From Desulfatiglandales bacterium (GTDB taxonomy: Bacteria > Desulfobacterota > DSM-4660 > Desulfatiglandales > Desulfatiglandaceae): 64,000 nucleotides of DNA. The notes under the pieces were generated by a model. It was given only the letters and a program-made list of their open reading frames with translations, ran no database searches and was not told the origin of the DNA. The position numbers and the translations under genes were made by a program. Every line of letters begins with the position of its first letter. Positions within the stretch are counted from its first letter, which is position 1. The stretch lies in assembly GCA_963662465.1 (NCBI GenBank), contig OY759599.1:2784001-2848000 (forward strand), read 5' to 3'. Positions 29,574-39,424 of this stretch are shown here, one piece after another.

Positions 29574-30053
29574 GTGAAAGAGACTTCCACTTTTGTCTTT
29601 ACAATGGCTTTGCTTATCATGGCCTTTATAGCCGGTGTTCCAGGTGCTGAGGCGGAGACCGTCAGCTACACCTACGATGCTAATGGTCGCTTGACCGGGG
29701 CGGATTACGGGGATGGTCTGATTATCGGTTACACCTACGACGCCAACGGCAACCTGCTCAAGAGGGACCAGGCACCCATGTCCACGGTGTATGTCAGCGC
29801 CGGGAACTGTGGGGGCAAAACCCCCTGCTACCACACCCTTGCCGAGGCGGTGACTAACGCCCCCAATTATGCCCTTATCAAAGTGGCGGCGGAGACCTTC
29901 GCGGGTTATACGGTGGATGCGGGAAAAACCCTCACCTTCCAATGGGGGTACGATGCCGGCTTTAACACCAACACAGGCGTTACCCAGGTCCAGGGAACTT
30001 TCAGAGCAAAGAACAAGACCATCATTCGCTCCGGCGCCATCCGGGCCAAGTGA
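29574..30053 (+). CDS. Small secreted YD repeat + CGGKxPC-domain protein (copy 2)
   Basis: Paralog of 24249-24728. Confidence 0.85.
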   Translation: MKETSTFVFTMALLIMAFIAGVPGAEAETVSYTYDANGRLTGADYGDGLIIGYTYDANGNLLKRDQAPMSTVYVSAGNCGGKTPCYHTLAEAVTNAPNYALIKVAAETFAGYTVDAGKTLTFQWGYDAGFNTNTGVTQVQGTFRAKNKTIIRSGAIRAK

Positions 30054-30527
30054 GGTGATCAGTTGATAAGAGTTTGCTATTTTCAGGGATGAGACATAGA
30101 GAAATAGTTGTGGTTCAAGAGAAAACAAACCACCAGATTTTTGGTATTGGTTCTGGGTGAAGCAAACGAAGGGTGGGAGTGATTGCCGCAGGGCTTGATG
30201 TGAAAACTCAGGCCTTGCAAAACGTTAGGAATCAGCGAGATTCCAAGCTGATCCGGATGCAGCACTACATCAAATTCTCAGGGCTTTTTTAAAATTATGA
30301 AGCGTATGCCTCTGATCGGATATTCGGGAATACGGTAAAGGTAAACTGACAACATAACGTGCATCAATCCTGCATTTCTCTTCACCCAATTTAGGCCGAT
30401 TTTCAAACGTTTGTAAACCGAAAAATTTAGAAGTGTCCAACGCAAGGTTACATATGTCAACCTTGAAGTCACAGATTTCACTTTCAAAGACCAATTTCCC
30501 GGGATCTCACCAGAAAATAAAAATATT

Positions 30528-31451
30528 TCATCCCACTTCTCCATCAGCGCTACTTAATTGCTCTGGATAAATTGCCGGATTTTGCCCATCCGCCCCGACG
30601 GCATCTGATACAATCCAGGAAGGGGGTTTCATCCTGCCCCCGCTCACATCTTTCATCACCACATCCAGTGCAGTCTCCTGAAGAGCCCCATCCATGCCTG
30701 TGATCCATATATCCACCAAAAACCGGTTCGGATGGACCTCTTTGGGAAAAATCCCGGCGGTATAGGTGTTTCCCGATCGGGTCGGCGAAAACAGCCGGCG
30801 CAAGCCGAAACCCACGGGAAAACCCACCAACCCAGTGTAACGCTGTCCCCAGACACAAGCCGCTTGAAACGCCGCATCCAGGGGAAAGGGCGAGCCCAGA
30901 GGTCCTGGAAGATCGCCCAACGGCGCCGCGTAAACCTTTGCCGTGGCGCCGTTCCCGGAAATGGCGACCCCGTCTTTCAGGTTGTGGTAACTGGAACCGA
31001 AGGGCACCAGATCTTTGTAGATGGTTTCAACGGAAATATGGTATTCGGGCGCCACCGGAATTTCCAAAGGGGCCGAATCGGGATCATTGAAAGTATCATG
31101 GAAACAAAGGGTTGCATGTTCCAGGGTTCGGGTGATCATGGCCCTTCCGAATCTGACCCGGGTGATGAGCCTTGAAACCACCATGCCGTCATCAAAAACC
31201 TCAAGATCATTGAAGGCATTGATTGGACGCCCGGTCTCTTCAATGATCAGGAACTTGTCAAATTTTGCATTCTTGATGCAGTGAACAGCATTTCCCGGCA
31301 GATATTTCAGGGTGGATGCCGCCAGAATTTGCATGGCTTCCACCGCCGGCAGAACGACTTTGCCCTGGAATCGATGGTCCATCAGGTAGGGCGCGACGTT
31401 TATGTTCAGGGGCAGCCGCACCCTGTGGGTTATCCGGGAAAAACTTTCCAT
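30528..31451 (-). CDS. Stand-alone polyketide-synthase-type dehydratase (double hot-dog)
   Basis: YLMDHRFQGKVVLP (HxxxGxxxxP) and LDAAFQ (DxxxQ) catalytic motifs. Confidence 0.8.
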   Translation of the reverse strand: MESFSRITHRVRLPLNINVAPYLMDHRFQGKVVLPAVEAMQILAASTLKYLPGNAVHCIKNAKFDKFLIIEETGRPINAFNDLEVFDDGMVVSRLITRVRFGRAMITRTLEHATLCFHDTFNDPDSAPLEIPVAPEYHISVETIYKDLVPFGSSYHNLKDGVAISGNGATAKVYAAPLGDLPGPLGSPFPLDAAFQAACVWGQRYTGLVGFPVGFGLRRLFSPTRSGNTYTAGIFPKEVHPNRFLVDIWITGMDGALQETALDVVMKDVSGGRMKPPSWIVSDAVGADGQNPAIYPEQLSSADGEVG

Positions 31452-31909
31452 AAATGCCGGGTCTTTTCATCGATGGCCACGGGAGAACCCGAAGCGTTAA
31501 GGGCGCAGTGGCGGGTAAACCCCTTGCAGATGATGTCTCCGGTTTCCCCGTGGGTAATCACATAATCGAATTGCAGGCGGACCCGTTCGAGTTTTCCGGG
31601 AATCGTATGAATCCACATGGGGTCATCGTAGCGCAGGGGCGCGTGGTAGGTAACGCCCAGCTCAATGATGGGATAAATATGCCCCCCCGCTTCAATCTCC
31701 CGGTAGGGGTACGCCGTATCCCGCATCATGGACGCCCTTCCCAACTCAAAAAACCGAAAATAGTTGGAATGGTACACCAGCCCGGATCGATCCGTATCCG
31801 CGTAGAGGACGCGACTGCCGCACCGATGCCAGATACGGTTATCCGTCTTGTCCTGAACATAGGGGCGGTTATCCTGAAGCGGTTTGGGAATAAAGGGTTT
31901 AGGCCTCAT
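31430..31909 (-). CDS. YbgC/4HBT-family acyl-CoA thioesterase
   Basis: RVLYADTDRSGLVYHSNYFRFFELGR. Confidence 0.9.
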   Translation of the reverse strand: MRPKPFIPKPLQDNRPYVQDKTDNRIWHRCGSRVLYADTDRSGLVYHSNYFRFFELGRASMMRDTAYPYREIEAGGHIYPIIELGVTYHAPLRYDDPMWIHTIPGKLERVRLQFDYVITHGETGDIICKGFTRHCALNASGSPVAIDEKTRHLWKVFPG

Positions 31910-33174
31910 CTTGTCCCTCCAAAAACCACGCAGCAGTTGGTTCCTCCGAACCCGAATGCGTTGGAGAGAAAAATGTCATGGTCCATTTTCCGGGTCCTGT
32001 TGGGAACCACGTCAACGCCATCGAGGGCCGGGTCGGGAATATGATTGATGGTGGGCAGAATCACGCCCTGTTGCATGGCTTCGATGCTGAGAGCGGCCTC
32101 AATAGCGGCGGCTGCTCCCAGGGTATGCCCGATCTGGCTTTTGTTTGATGAAATGGGTATTTTTTTGAGGTGACCCTTAAACACCCGTCTCAAACAATCG
32201 ACTTCCATGATATCTCCTCTCGGGGTTGATGTGCCGTGGGCGTTGACGTATTGGATATCTTCCGGTGCGAGCCCCGCATCGTCGATGGCTCCACGCATGG
32301 CCCGGATCACGGCATCCGGGTTGGGCCGGGTGAAATGAAAAGCATCGGAGGACCACCCCACCCCCAGAACTTCCCCTCTGGGCTTAAGCCCGTAAACGGA
32401 GAGCATCTCCTCCGCCGCCAGAACCAGGACCCCCGCCCCTTCGGAAAGGACAAAGCCTTTTCGGTCAATGCTGAAAGGACGCGATGCCAGTGCTGGATCA
32501 TCATGGGCCCGGTCTCCCGGCAGGATTTTGATGGTGGCGTTCATGTTTTCAAACCCGTGAATAATCTCCGGAATAATACAGGTATCCACGCCTCCCGCCA
32601 AAACAAAATCACAATCCCCGTCTCGAATCATCCTGGCGCCCAGTCCCACGGCATAATTTCCCGAAGCACAGGCCCCTTGCGGCGAAAAAATCGGCCCTGA
32701 AAATTTAAGGGCCATTCCGGCTTTTCCGGCCGGCAGATTGGCGCACAGGTTGGGCAACAGATAGGGGCTTATTTTCAAAGGGCCTTTGTTAACATAGTTT
32801 TCCATGGCCACCCTGAAGGCATCAGCGCCGTTGAGGGCCGACCCCACCAGACAGGCGGTTCGGGGCCCCGTATCCTGATCCATTTCAAGACCGGCATGCA
32901 AAAGGGCTTCCCGACAAACAGCCACCGTCAACAGAACAAAGTCCGCATTCCAGTTATACGCCTCCCTGGCAGTCACAAAATCAAGATCCGAAGAATTCCA
33001 GTCGGGGATTTCCCCCACCACATGGCTGAGGGCGTTAACCCGACACCGGGTCACCTTTCTGAAACCCGCCTCCCCTTTTACAGCCCGTTTCCATGTTTCC
33101 GGAAACGTCTTTCCCAAGGGCGTGGCCGCCCCATAGCCCACCACGAAAACCCGCCTGTTGCCGGGCGCTTTCAT
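31906..33174 (-). CDS. Beta-ketoacyl-ACP synthase (FabF-like paralog A)
   Basis: GACASG, NAHGTST, KSQIGHTLG (Cys-His-His), SNAFGFGG. Confidence 0.9.
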   Translation of the reverse strand: MKAPGNRRVFVVGYGAATPLGKTFPETWKRAVKGEAGFRKVTRCRVNALSHVVGEIPDWNSSDLDFVTAREAYNWNADFVLLTVAVCREALLHAGLEMDQDTGPRTACLVGSALNGADAFRVAMENYVNKGPLKISPYLLPNLCANLPAGKAGMALKFSGPIFSPQGACASGNYAVGLGARMIRDGDCDFVLAGGVDTCIIPEIIHGFENMNATIKILPGDRAHDDPALASRPFSIDRKGFVLSEGAGVLVLAAEEMLSVYGLKPRGEVLGVGWSSDAFHFTRPNPDAVIRAMRGAIDDAGLAPEDIQYVNAHGTSTPRGDIMEVDCLRRVFKGHLKKIPISSNKSQIGHTLGAAAAIEAALSIEAMQQGVILPTINHIPDPALDGVDVVPNRTRKMDHDIFLSNAFGFGGTNCCVVFGGTR

Positions 33175-33196
33175 GGGTTTGCCCCGGGTTCAACCG

Positions 33197-34444
33197 TCAT
33201 CGGATTTTTCGAAACACAATACATGCGTTGCACCCTCCAAAGCCAAAAGCGTTTTTCAAAACAAATTCCTGATCTAACGGCCTCGCCCCCTCCGCCACGC
33301 AGTCCATGACCATTTCGGGATCCGGCGTATAATTGAGGGTGGGCAGCAGGGTCTCTCTTTGCATGCTTTCCATGGCCAATACGGATTCAATGGCGCTGGA
33401 AGCCCCCATGCAGTGCCCTGTAAGGGATTTGACGGCGCAGACCGGCGGCATTCCATGGCCGAACACCGCTTTCAAGGCGTCAAATTCGACCCTGTCTCCC
33501 ACTCGGGTGGAAGTGGCATGGGCATTGATACAGTCGATATCGCCGGGCTGTATCCCCGCATCTTGAATCGATTCCGAAATGGCGCGCCGCACGGTTTCAA
33601 AATTGGGGGCCACGAAATGACAGGCATCGGACGTCATGCTCCAGCCGGCCAGTTCAATGCCATAGGACAGACCGTGAGCATCCGCAAAATCCTTGGAAGC
33701 CAGCATCACACAGGCAGCGCCCTCGGAGATCACAAAACCCCTTCTGTCAAGGGAAAAGGGACGGCTGGCCCTGGAAGGGGGTTCCGACAATTGACCTTCC
33801 ATGGGACTGTAGGCGCCGTTCATGGTGGCAAAACCCGCCACAATCGGTTCCACCAATGGAAAATCCACGGCCCCGCAAATGACCAGATCCGCCCGGCCCT
33901 GGTCCAGCAGCATTTTCCCGACGATCATGGAGGTCGCCCCCGTTGCGCAGGCCGTGATAGTGGAGGTAATGGGCCCCGTGGCGTGGGCCAGGATGGATAT
34001 TTTCCCACCCACCATATTGATGCAGGCATTGGGATTGGTAAAGGGGTGAGGCATTCGCCCTTCCCGAATCATCCGCCTGTCGGCTGTCAACACCGCGTCC
34101 AGCCCCCCCACCGCAGAACTAAAGGTAACGGCTGTTCTGGGCGCCAGATCAGGGGTTATATCCACCGCGCTTTTCAGAATGGCCCGGTGCGCCACCAGCA
34201 TGGCATGTTTAAAAATGGGGGATATCCATTGGGCCAGGTTCCTGGGAGACAGAAACGGATAGGGCGACGCATCCCACTCATCCACCTGTCCCGCGATACG
34301 GACCGGAAAATCATCGGTCAAGGGAAACCGCGTAAGAGACTTGATACCGCTCTTGCCCCTGAGTGCCCGTTCCCACTGCGTCTCCATATCCGTCCCCAGA
34401 GGAGACACCAAATCATAACCCAGAATAACGGCTTTCTTTACCAT
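33197..34444 (-). CDS. Beta-ketoacyl-ACP synthase (FabF-like paralog B)
   Basis: TACATG, NAHATST, KSLTGHCMG, NAFGFGG. Confidence 0.9.
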   Translation of the reverse strand: MVKKAVILGYDLVSPLGTDMETQWERALRGKSGIKSLTRFPLTDDFPVRIAGQVDEWDASPYPFLSPRNLAQWISPIFKHAMLVAHRAILKSAVDITPDLAPRTAVTFSSAVGGLDAVLTADRRMIREGRMPHPFTNPNACINMVGGKISILAHATGPITSTITACATGATSMIVGKMLLDQGRADLVICGAVDFPLVEPIVAGFATMNGAYSPMEGQLSEPPSRASRPFSLDRRGFVISEGAACVMLASKDFADAHGLSYGIELAGWSMTSDACHFVAPNFETVRRAISESIQDAGIQPGDIDCINAHATSTRVGDRVEFDALKAVFGHGMPPVCAVKSLTGHCMGASSAIESVLAMESMQRETLLPTLNYTPDPEMVMDCVAEGARPLDQEFVLKNAFGFGGCNACIVFRKIR

Positions 34445-35436
34445 GGGATGAACTGATAGAGCTTGGCAAACATCTCATAGACCTCAATCCAATTCTTGAG
34501 GTCCTGTTCCGACCGGATATGCGCCCGCTTGTTAACCATCACCCAGCTCATATGGGCGGCGCCGTCCTTGCAAGTTGAACAGTCGCGTGTTTCAGAGGTG
34601 CAGCATCGATGCATGGTTTTAAGATCGGACGCCCACCGGATGAAGCCGATCAGGCTTCTGGGACCGGGGCTTCTTCGGTCCAGGGGTTCCGTGACGGAGG
34701 GACACTCATTCCACCCGAAAGAACGGTCCAGCATTTTGCCGGTGGTGATGATCCGATGGTAGTACTTCGAGGAAATGACCGTATCGGGGTAATCATCCAG
34801 CATTTGGTCCATTTCGTCCCGAATATCCTTTAGTTGCTCTTGGCCCCAGAAAAATTGATCCACCCCCTCATCGTTTGAAAGGAGCTGCATATGGACTTTC
34901 AAACCTGCATCCCTGATTTTTTTGATCAGCCGTTCCATTTTCCCCACCTGTTTGGGCGTCAGGGTATACAGATAATAGGCGTGAGGATCACCCTGGTAAT
35001 GCTTGCTGGAGATGGAAAAGACATCCTTTCCCCGAAGCGTCTTTTCATCCTCTTCATCGCCCCACAATGAAATCCCCACCATCATATGGGGAAACCGATC
35101 CCGGGGCACCTTGATCAAGCCGTTTGTGGCACAAAAAGTGGGCAGCCGGCTGTAAAAAGCCTCCACCCGATCCAGGCAAAGGGTGGGTTCCCCGCCGATG
35201 AGAATGGCAAGATTAACACCCCTTGCCATTTCGCCATCGATGAAATGTTCCCATTTTTGAATATCCATCTCTTCACGGGCGGCTTCATGTTCCCCGGAAG
35301 AGAAAAAAAAGCACCCCTTGCACCGTAAATTGCATCGATTGGTAACATCATAAATGGAGCTTCTGATGTTCAATTTTGAAATTTTTTTATATCGGTCATA
35401 CCATTCCGGGTTCAGCAGGGAACTCACGGTTTTCAT
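34438..35436 (-). CDS. Radical SAM protein
   Basis: CNLRCKGC, GGEP; extra C-terminal Cys ECPS..RCC..DCSTC. Confidence 0.88.
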   Translation of the reverse strand: MKTVSSLLNPEWYDRYKKISKLNIRSSIYDVTNRCNLRCKGCFFFSSGEHEAAREEMDIQKWEHFIDGEMARGVNLAILIGGEPTLCLDRVEAFYSRLPTFCATNGLIKVPRDRFPHMMVGISLWGDEEDEKTLRGKDVFSISSKHYQGDPHAYYLYTLTPKQVGKMERLIKKIRDAGLKVHMQLLSNDEGVDQFFWGQEQLKDIRDEMDQMLDDYPDTVISSKYYHRIITTGKMLDRSFGWNECPSVTEPLDRRSPGPRSLIGFIRWASDLKTMHRCCTSETRDCSTCKDGAAHMSWVMVNKRAHIRSEQDLKNWIEVYEMFAKLYQFIPW

Positions 35437-35505
35437 GAAAAAAAGACTCCTTAAACGAGAAGCTGTCAGCTTTTAGCCTACCCAAAACAGCTAGCAGGTA
35501 ACCGC

Positions 35506-36576
35506 TCAAATGAAAAAATCATGCCCGGGTGGGGGCACAAGGCGTAAACAGAGATTTGGACCTTTTTCATAGCCCGTCACCCACACCGAAAGATAAGTAT
35601 CCACATAATCCAGCCAGGCCCTGAAGGTGTCCGGGTCTGTGGCATGGCGAAATAGTTTCGCCGTTACAATGGCGCTCCCGGCGGCATAATGCCGGCAATC
35701 ACAGCAGTCCGTATCCGGAACACAGCAGGCAGCCGCCCTGTTCCAGGTGAGATCGGTCCGATACTGTCTGAAAGACCGGCCCAGCCCCTGGGCTTTCGAC
35801 GGGTTCATCCGGGGGTAAGGACAGGCGTAGAGGTCATGAAGAGCAAGGGGGTGGGTATGGGCAACGATGTTATAGGGGGAAAACAGGACGGTTTCGGGAT
35901 ATTGGGAAAGAAGCGAGATCATGGTTTCCCGAACTTGCGTAAGGGACGCTTTCGTATGGCGAAGGGGCCCCTCATAGCCCACGGGTGATGAAAACATGTT
36001 GAAGGTGACCTTGCAACCCTCTCCGGAAAGGATATCCAGCACGGGCCCGGCATCCTCGATATTGTTGCGGGTAAAGGTGTAAACAAAAACCGCCCGTCCA
36101 TCACCCCGGTAATTGGCGATCTGTTGTTGCAGCATGCCGTCCCGGTGGCGAATCTCGGCACTGGTCTCATCACTCCCCCATACGGAAATATGGATTTTGT
36201 AACCGATGGCATTGGGGATCTTTTGTAAGCCGTTGGACGCAATGGCGCCCAGGGGAATTTCCCCATAACATACCTTGCAAAGATCGGGCACAAGGGAGGG
36301 TTCAGCGCCCGCCAGAACCACATAGGTAATCCCCCGTTTTTTCTCCGCCCTCATGAGCTGTTGCCATTGCTCAGGGTCCCGGTTTTCCCGGGCGAACTGC
36401 TTATCCCCTTCATAATAATAACAGCCGTCGCAACGAATGTTGCAGCGATGGGTCATATCATAGGTGGATTCCCGCAGAAAAAAATAGCGGCGCACTTTTT
36501 CCCATCGCCGGTTTGTTTCCACATCGGCCAGAAGATCCTTGAACCGATAACCGATTTCCCCGGAATTTACCGTCAT
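35506..36576 (-). CDS. Radical SAM protein (paralog of 34438-35436)
   Basis: CNIRCDGC, GAEP; ACPY..ACC..DCCDC; start uncertain. Confidence 0.88.
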   Translation of the reverse strand: MTVNSGEIGYRFKDLLADVETNRRWEKVRRYFFLRESTYDMTHRCNIRCDGCYYYEGDKQFARENRDPEQWQQLMRAEKKRGITYVVLAGAEPSLVPDLCKVCYGEIPLGAIASNGLQKIPNAIGYKIHISVWGSDETSAEIRHRDGMLQQQIANYRGDGRAVFVYTFTRNNIEDAGPVLDILSGEGCKVTFNMFSSPVGYEGPLRHTKASLTQVRETMISLLSQYPETVLFSPYNIVAHTHPLALHDLYACPYPRMNPSKAQGLGRSFRQYRTDLTWNRAAACCVPDTDCCDCRHYAAGSAIVTAKLFRHATDPDTFRAWLDYVDTYLSVWVTGYEKGPNLCLRLVPPPGHDFFI

Positions 36577-36682
36577 ACCCCGCCCCCCCCAATTTCCCCC
36601 CAGTTCCATTGACATAAAATTTCCGTCAATATGCAAGTCTTCGAATTTTATCCTGTCCCCTGTGAACGGTTACATCTATTCT

Positions 36683-37207
36683 TCATCTTGAATCAGTCTG
36701 TTGATAAACTGGATGGTCGGCCGCCTCCTGACGGGCCGCCTCACTTTTCTTTTCAGCCAATCTCATTTTTCGACGTTCCATGGCATCGGCATTTCTTCTC
36801 TTCTCCTCCTCCGTTTCCAGCATCAACGGCGGAACGGGCTTGGGGCGACGGCTTTTGTCCAATGCCACAAGGGTCAAATAAGCCGAGGCGGTTCGGGTCA
36901 CTTCACCCGAAAACAAGTCTTCACTCTCGGCCCTCACCCCCACCTCCAGGGAAGTTGTCCCCACCATATTCACACTGGCTTTCAAGGTCAACATATTCCC
37001 CACGAAAATGGGATAATGAAAATCAATCCTGTCAATAGAGGCAGTCACCGCAATACAGCGAGCATGGCGCATGGCCACCACCGTGGCAATTTGATCGATT
37101 AATTTCATGATGACCCCCCCATGCACATTGCCGGCGGGATTGGCATCCTGGGGCATCATCACGTGAGAAATCACCACAACACTGTCCTTTACTGTTTTTC
37201 CACTCAT
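36683..37207 (-). CDS. YciA-family acyl-CoA thioesterase
   Basis: MMPQDANPAGNVHGGVIMKLID, GTTSLEVGV. Confidence 0.9.
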   Translation of the reverse strand: MSGKTVKDSVVVISHVMMPQDANPAGNVHGGVIMKLIDQIATVVAMRHARCIAVTASIDRIDFHYPIFVGNMLTLKASVNMVGTTSLEVGVRAESEDLFSGEVTRTASAYLTLVALDKSRRPKPVPPLMLETEEEKRRNADAMERRKMRLAEKKSEAARQEAADHPVYQQTDSR

Positions 37208-37341
37208 GGATGTTCTCCCTCAAAAAACATTGTTTCACCTGGAAAATAAAACATTTCCAGTCGCGAAAGCAGCAAGACCTTCAGGTAATGAGCCGGGAAC
37301 CGGCGGAGGTAGGGTAGCACTTCCCAGTATAAAAGCGAATC

Positions 37342-38448
37342 TCAATAATTCGGATAGCCACTGATCAAGATATCATCCCCAAACCGCCTGACCTTGATGC
37401 TATGGAGTTTGAGGGCTTCTTCCATTGTTTCGGGACCGAATCCAGCTGCCATGGGAATTCCGTCACCGCCGCCCAGAATCTTCGGGGCGATAAAAACATA
37501 GTATTTATCGATCAATTTGGCACGAAGCATGGCCCCCATAATCCCCGCCCCCCCTTCCACCAAAACACTGGTGACGGACATTTCTCCCAGTTTTTCCATG
37601 AGAGCGACAAGGTCGATGCCGCCGGTATCGGTGGGGCATACCAACGTTTCCACGCCTTCGGGATGAGGTCCGGACGCCTGGTATAGACGATCGCCTTCCA
37701 TGCTGGTGGCGATAAGGGTACGCGCGGCAGACTGAATTTGCATGACTTTTGCGCCAGGCGGCGTCCTGAAGTTTGTATCCACAACAATCCGAATGGGATC
37801 TTTGCCGCGTTTTACCTTGAAGCGGGCGGTCATGGATGGATCATCGGCGACTACCGTCCCGACTCCCATCATCACGGCGTCTACACGATCTCTCAAGCGA
37901 TGTACGAACCCCCTTGATTTCTCATTGGTGATCCACTTAGAATGCTGTGTGGATGTGGCGGTCCAACCGTCAAGGGTAATGGCCGATTTGGCCGTCACAA
38001 AAGGTCTGGCGGTTGTAACAAACTTAATGAAATCCTCATTCAACTGAACACATTCATCCCTTAAAACATCGTTAACTACTTCAAGGCCTTTTTTCTCCAG
38101 AAACCGGCATCCGCCCCCCGTCACCAGCGGATTGGGATCTCGCATCCCCACAACGACTCTCTTGACGCCGCTTTTCAGGATAAGTTCAGTACAGGGAGGC
38201 GTTTTCCCAAAATGGTTGCACGGCTCCAGGGTCACATAGAGCGTGCCCCCCGGAGCGCGGTTGCCGACTTTCTTAAAGGCTTCAACTTCCGCATGGGGCA
38301 TCCCTGCCCGATGGTGATACCCTTTGGCAATCACCTTTCCTTCCCTGACGATAACGGCGCCCACGGCGGGATTGGGAGATGTCCGCCCCAAGCCTTTGCG
38401 TGCTTCCTGGATCGCCAGCTTCATGAATTTGATATGGGTTCCGTTCAT
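37342..38448 (-). CDS. ribD: Riboflavin biosynthesis deaminase/reductase
   Basis: TSPNPAVG, HAE, TLEPCNH..PPC, VEGG. Confidence 0.96.
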   Translation of the reverse strand: MNGTHIKFMKLAIQEARKGLGRTSPNPAVGAVIVREGKVIAKGYHHRAGMPHAEVEAFKKVGNRAPGGTLYVTLEPCNHFGKTPPCTELILKSGVKRVVVGMRDPNPLVTGGGCRFLEKKGLEVVNDVLRDECVQLNEDFIKFVTTARPFVTAKSAITLDGWTATSTQHSKWITNEKSRGFVHRLRDRVDAVMMGVGTVVADDPSMTARFKVKRGKDPIRIVVDTNFRTPPGAKVMQIQSAARTLIATSMEGDRLYQASGPHPEGVETLVCPTDTGGIDLVALMEKLGEMSVTSVLVEGGAGIMGAMLRAKLIDKYYVFIAPKILGGGDGIPMAAGFGPETMEEALKLHSIKVRRFGDDILISGYPNY

Positions 38449-38451
38449 GGC

Positions 38452-38931
38452 CTAAACCTCATCTTTTTCCTGATCCTGTTTGGATTCCAGAATTTCTTCC
38501 AATTCCACCATGAATTCGTTGATGTCCTTAAACTGCCGATACACGGATGCAAATCGCACATAGGCCACTTCGTCCCATTCCTTGAGCTTGTTGATGACCT
38601 TTTCACCCACTTCCGTGCTGTCAATTTCCTTTTTTCCCAGTTCCTGAAAATAAAGTTCAATGGAATCGACAAATTCTTCAATGCGGGTCACGCTGATGGG
38701 CCGTTTCTGGCATGCCCTGCCAATGCCGGAGATAATCTTTTCGCGATTGAAGGGCTCCCGCCTGCCGTCTTTTTTAACCACCATTGGGAGGACATCTTCC
38801 AGCTTTTCGTATGTTGTAAACCGTCTGCCGCATGCCAGACATTCCCGCCGTCGACGAATGGTTCGTCCATCTTTGCTCAGCCTGGAGTCAATCACCTTGT
38901 TGTCAATTTTAGTGCAGTACGGACATTTCAT
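38452..38931 (-). CDS. nrdR: Transcriptional repressor NrdR
   Basis: [31 protein letters not shown]. Confidence 0.97.
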   Translation of the reverse strand: MKCPYCTKIDNKVIDSRLSKDGRTIRRRRECLACGRRFTTYEKLEDVLPMVVKKDGRREPFNREKIISGIGRACQKRPISVTRIEEFVDSIELYFQELGKKEIDSTEVGEKVINKLKEWDEVAYVRFASVYRQFKDINEFMVELEEILESKQDQEKDEV

Positions 38932-39380
38932 TTGTCAAACCTCATAATTTCTATACCCGCCTCGGCCAGCATGGCATCGGACAGATCGTCATCATACCCC
39001 TCATCGTAATAGACCCTTTTGATGCCGGCATTGATAAGCATTTTGGTGCAGATAACGCACGGTTTATTGGTGCAATACAGGGTGGCCCCGGCAATGGAGA
39101 TTCCATGATAGGCGGCCTGGATGATGGCGTTTTGCTCCGCGTGAAGGCCCCGACAGAGTTCATGCCGCGTGCCGGAGGGGATTGAAGCGTCCTTTCGAAG
39201 GCATCCCACTTCGATGCAGTGTTTCAGCCCGGACGGGGCGCCATTGTATCCCGTGGCCAGAATTCGTTTTTCCTTGACCAGAATGGCGCCCACATGACGT
39301 CTCAAACAAGTGGATCGGGTGGCGACCATCCGAGTAATGGATGCAAAATACCGGTTCCAGGATGGCCTTTCATATTCCAT
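38928..39380 (-). CDS. dCMP deaminase / ComEB-family deaminase
   Basis: [25 protein letters not shown]. Confidence 0.9.
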   Translation of the reverse strand: MEYERPSWNRYFASITRMVATRSTCLRRHVGAILVKEKRILATGYNGAPSGLKHCIEVGCLRKDASIPSGTRHELCRGLHAEQNAIIQAAYHGISIAGATLYCTNKPCVICTKMLINAGIKRVYYDEGYDDDLSDAMLAEAGIEIMRFDK

Positions 39381-39424
39381 GTTATCTCAATATGTTACAT
39401 TATCTTTTTAAAGTTATAAATAAA

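Larger units (their letters stand above)
19780..30062 (+). repeat. Tandem duplication of a ~5 kb unit (about 19780-24735 and 25135-30062)
   Basis: Both units run from TCATCCATTTCAG..AAGGAGAATAGCCATG to GGCGCCAT..TGA and are colinear throughout. Confidence 0.95.

Noticed and set aside
31906..34444. KS pair as the KS/chain-length factor of an aromatic type II PKS
   Set aside because: Both retain the catalytic Cys and both His; no cyclases or dedicated ACP
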